A stretch of 60,796 bases of DNA, the filler included. It is 5 parts of 5 records of this genome, joined end to end, with 100 filler letters (N's around TTAATTAATTAA, not from the genome) between each part and the next. Parts side by side here need not be neighbours in the genome. Positions count along the whole stretch, not along the records: positions 54,248 to 60,796 come from SRR31156797_4922; 4 more parts are not named here. The stretch is one strand, 5' to 3'. The notes under the pieces were generated by a model. The model had not been told where the DNA came from. It ran no database searches and was given only the letters and a program-made list of their open reading frames with translations. The position numbers and the translations under genes are program-made. This document shows, one piece after another, positions 58,767-60,796 of this stretch; the first letter of the stretch is position 1; the number at the start of each line of letters is the position of its first letter.

Positions 58767-59645
58767 CTAAGCTTTTCTTTTATTAATTAAAAAGACTCCA
58801 AGGAATATTAGAGCCGTTGCAAAGAAATCTGAGGTTTTAATCTCTTCACCCACAATAAAAAATCCTATTACTAAAGCTACAACTGGGGGAAGGTAAGTTA
58901 TTGATGAAGCTAATAAAGCTCCAAATTTTTTAATTGCATAATAATACATAATATAAGCAAAGCCTGTTCCAAAAATTCCCAATCCTAGAATCATTCCAAG
59001 TGAACTATGAGTATCTTGCCAAATATCATTTATTCCTTCATAATCAACAATTATTAGCATTATAAGTAGTGCAAAACTTAATTGATAAGTTGTAAGTGCA
59101 GCAGGATTTAAATTTAAAGGCATAATAAACTTTTTTGCATAGATAAATGAAGCTCCAACACTTAATGCTCCAACTATTATTGCAAGACTTCCTTCTATGT
59201 TTGTACTCTTTAAATCTTCACTAAAAACTCCACTAATAATTACTACACCTAAAAAGCCTAAAACAAGTCCAAATATTGCTATTTTTGTTATTTTTTCTTC
59301 TTTTAAAAATAGTGCTGCTAATAAAAATGAGAAAACGGGAATTAGCCCACTTAAAGCCCCTGCAATTCCAGAAAGAAGAAGAGATGAACCTTTTACAAAA
59401 CCATAATAATAAATTACAGCAGCCAATAAAGACATCATAAAAAAATGAATAGAATATTTTAAATCTTCAAGCTTCAAAGCTTTTTTATAAATTGCGTAAG
59501 TTAAGACAGGAAGCAGTCCAAAAACAACCCTGTAAAAAGTTACTTGCATAGGGTCTAAATAGACTGCTGCCATTTTCATATAAATAAAGTTACTACCCCA
59601 GATTATTCCAAGGGCCAAAACAATCAAAATTGAACTATTTTTCAT
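58767..59645 (-). CDS. DMT/EamA-family transporter
   Basis: ~10 TMs; IWGSNF; LKEEK; TYLPPVVA..GE. Confidence 0.88.
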   Translation of the reverse strand: MKNSSILIVLALGIIWGSNFIYMKMAAVYLDPMQVTFYRVVFGLLPVLTYAIYKKALKLEDLKYSIHFFMMSLLAAVIYYYGFVKGSSLLLSGIAGALSGLIPVFSFLLAALFLKEEKITKIAIFGLVLGFLGVVIISGVFSEDLKSTNIEGSLAIIVGALSVGASFIYAKKFIMPLNLNPAALTTYQLSFALLIMLIIVDYEGINDIWQDTHSSLGMILGLGIFGTGFAYIMYYYAIKKFGALLASSITYLPPVVALVIGFFIVGEEIKTSDFFATALIFLGVFLINKRKA

Positions 59646-59648
59646 ATT

Positions 59649-60125
59649 TTATTTTAATCTTTGAGAGTGAGTTAATGCAATTGCAATTGCATCTGTAATA
59701 TCAAGTGGTTTAATCTCTTTTTTTATTCCTAATAATCTTTTCACCATAAAGGCAACTTGTTCTTTTTGGGCTTTTCCATTTCCTGTAACAGCCTGTTTTA
59801 CTTGCAGTGGAGTATATTCAGCAAAATGTCCAAACTCCTGTAAAACTTTTAATGAGATAGCTCCTCTAAATTGAGCTAATTTTATAACTGTTTTTGGGTT
59901 GAAAGCATAAAACATATCTTCAATTGCAACTTCGTTTAAATCGTACTTTCTAAAGATCATTTCAAGACCTTCACACATCTCTACAATTTGCTCTTGAAGT
60001 ATTTTTGTTTTTATTTTTATAAGACCTGCTTCAATAAGCTTAATTTCTCTTCCATTTTTTTCAATAATTGCATATCCACAATTTCTTGTTCCCGGATCTA
60101 TTCCTAATATTTTCAAGTTTTTCAC
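59649..60125 (-). CDS. ruvC: Holliday junction resolvase
   Basis: [35 protein letters not shown]. Confidence 0.96.
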   Translation of the reverse strand: MKNLKILGIDPGTRNCGYAIIEKNGREIKLIEAGLIKIKTKILQEQIVEMCEGLEMIFRKYDLNEVAIEDMFYAFNPKTVIKLAQFRGAISLKVLQEFGHFAEYTPLQVKQAVTGNGKAQKEQVAFMVKRLLGIKKEIKPLDITDAIAIALTHSQRLK

Positions 60126-60250
60126 ATTTCCTATGATTTTAAGTATTCACATGGTGAATTGCCTTTATATTGGTAAATTATATATAAATATTCACTTAAA
60201 AGAAACTAATTTTTCACTTATTATTCAATTTTCATTCACCTGTGAAAAAC
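60118..60250. other. oriC subregion upstream of dnaA with Campylobacterota-type DnaA boxes
   Basis: About seven TTCAC/GTGAA cores (60121, 60146, 60154, 60191, 60213, 60235, 60242), incl. TCATTCACC, between divergent ruvC and dnaA. Confidence 0.75.
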
Positions 60251-60306
60251 TTTTAATCTAATTTTAGTTATAATCTAACAATTTATATATAAAGAGCGTT
60301 TTTTTA

Positions 60307-60796
60307 ATGACAAGCAAAGAGTTTTTATCGATAATTGAACAAGAAGCTAATCCTACTGATTTTAAAAAGTACTTAAAACAGCTTACTTACAAAAAAATAT
60401 CTTCAGACGACAAGATTGCCGTATTTGAAGTATCTAATAAATATATTGCTTCATGGATTAAAAGCAAATATAGTTCACTTATTCAACACTGTTTCGAAAA
60501 ATACGATGGTACAAAGCCAGATATTGAAATAAAAATTGCAGGTGAAAAAAAGAGTAAAAAAGAGATTATCTCTGAAAAAGCTAAAAATGAAACTGCAGAA
60601 AGTACTATCTTAAATCCATCATACACATTCGATTCTTTCGTTGTTGGAAGCTCAAACCAAATGGCATATAATGCCTCTTTAGCTGTTTCTGAAAAACCAG
60701 GAATCCAATATAACCCACTATTTATCTATGGTGGAACAGGACTTGGTAAAACTCACCTTTTACAAGCAATTGGTAATGATGCCATTGAAAAAGGTA
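60307..60796 (+). CDS. dnaA: Chromosomal replication initiator, 3'-truncated; missing from the ORF track
   Basis: Hand translation MTSKEFLS...[20 protein letters not shown]...[23 protein letters not shown]. Confidence 0.96.
   Translation, partial: MTSKEFLSIIEQEANPTDFKKYLKQLTYKKISSDDKIAVFEVSNKYIASWIKSKYSSLIQHCFEKYDGTKPDIEIKIAGEKKSKKEIISEKAKNETAESTILNPSYTFDSFVVGSSNQMAYNASLAVSEKPGIQYNPLFIYGGTGLGKTHLLQAIGNDAIEKG

Noticed and set aside
701-59406. Numerous 60-125-aa ORFs overlapping larger genes (e.g. 14843-15220, 49508-49876, 32664-32984)
   Set aside because: Shadow ORFs on opposite or alternate frames of well-supported genes, with no recognisable motifs.
1-60796. tRNA, rRNA, transposase, integrase or prophage genes
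   Set aside because: None recognised by eye; tRNAscan-SE, barrnap and ISEScan would be needed to exclude them formally.

Overview
The window is five separate contigs joined by artificial 100-nt linkers (N44-TTAATTAATTAA-N44) at 11545-11644, 33435-33534, 45516-45615 and 54148-54247, so adjacency across linkers means nothing. Contigs 1-4 look like marine Bacteroidota: TTTG/TAnnTTTG promoters, T9SS genes, Na+-NQR, membrane PPase, no evident Shine-Dalgarno motifs. Contig 5 looks like an Arcobacter-like Campylobacterota (divergent ruvC-oriC-dnaA, yedE/yedF, SD motifs), so the assembly is probably chimeric. Most genes are housekeeping or envelope genes. Main points of interest: (1) an ORF-free 650-bp region after the 2-oxoacid dehydrogenase E1 gene resolves into three paralogous units, each an ECF-type promoter, a ~130-160-nt structured RNA with a shared UUUUAGU core, and an intrinsic terminator. 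This is a candidate tandem sRNA array, and its seeds are complementary to the E1 and E2 mRNA leaders. (2) Six tandem, diverged DUF4249-like surface lipoproteins, two with a duplicated promoter cassette. (3) A four-helix-bundle gene bracketed by complementary heptamer repeats inside an efflux operon. (4) A probable 6S-Flavo RNA and an unannotated Cys-rich NqrM-like small ORF beside nqrF-apbE. All family calls come from motif recognition by eye; no database searches were run.
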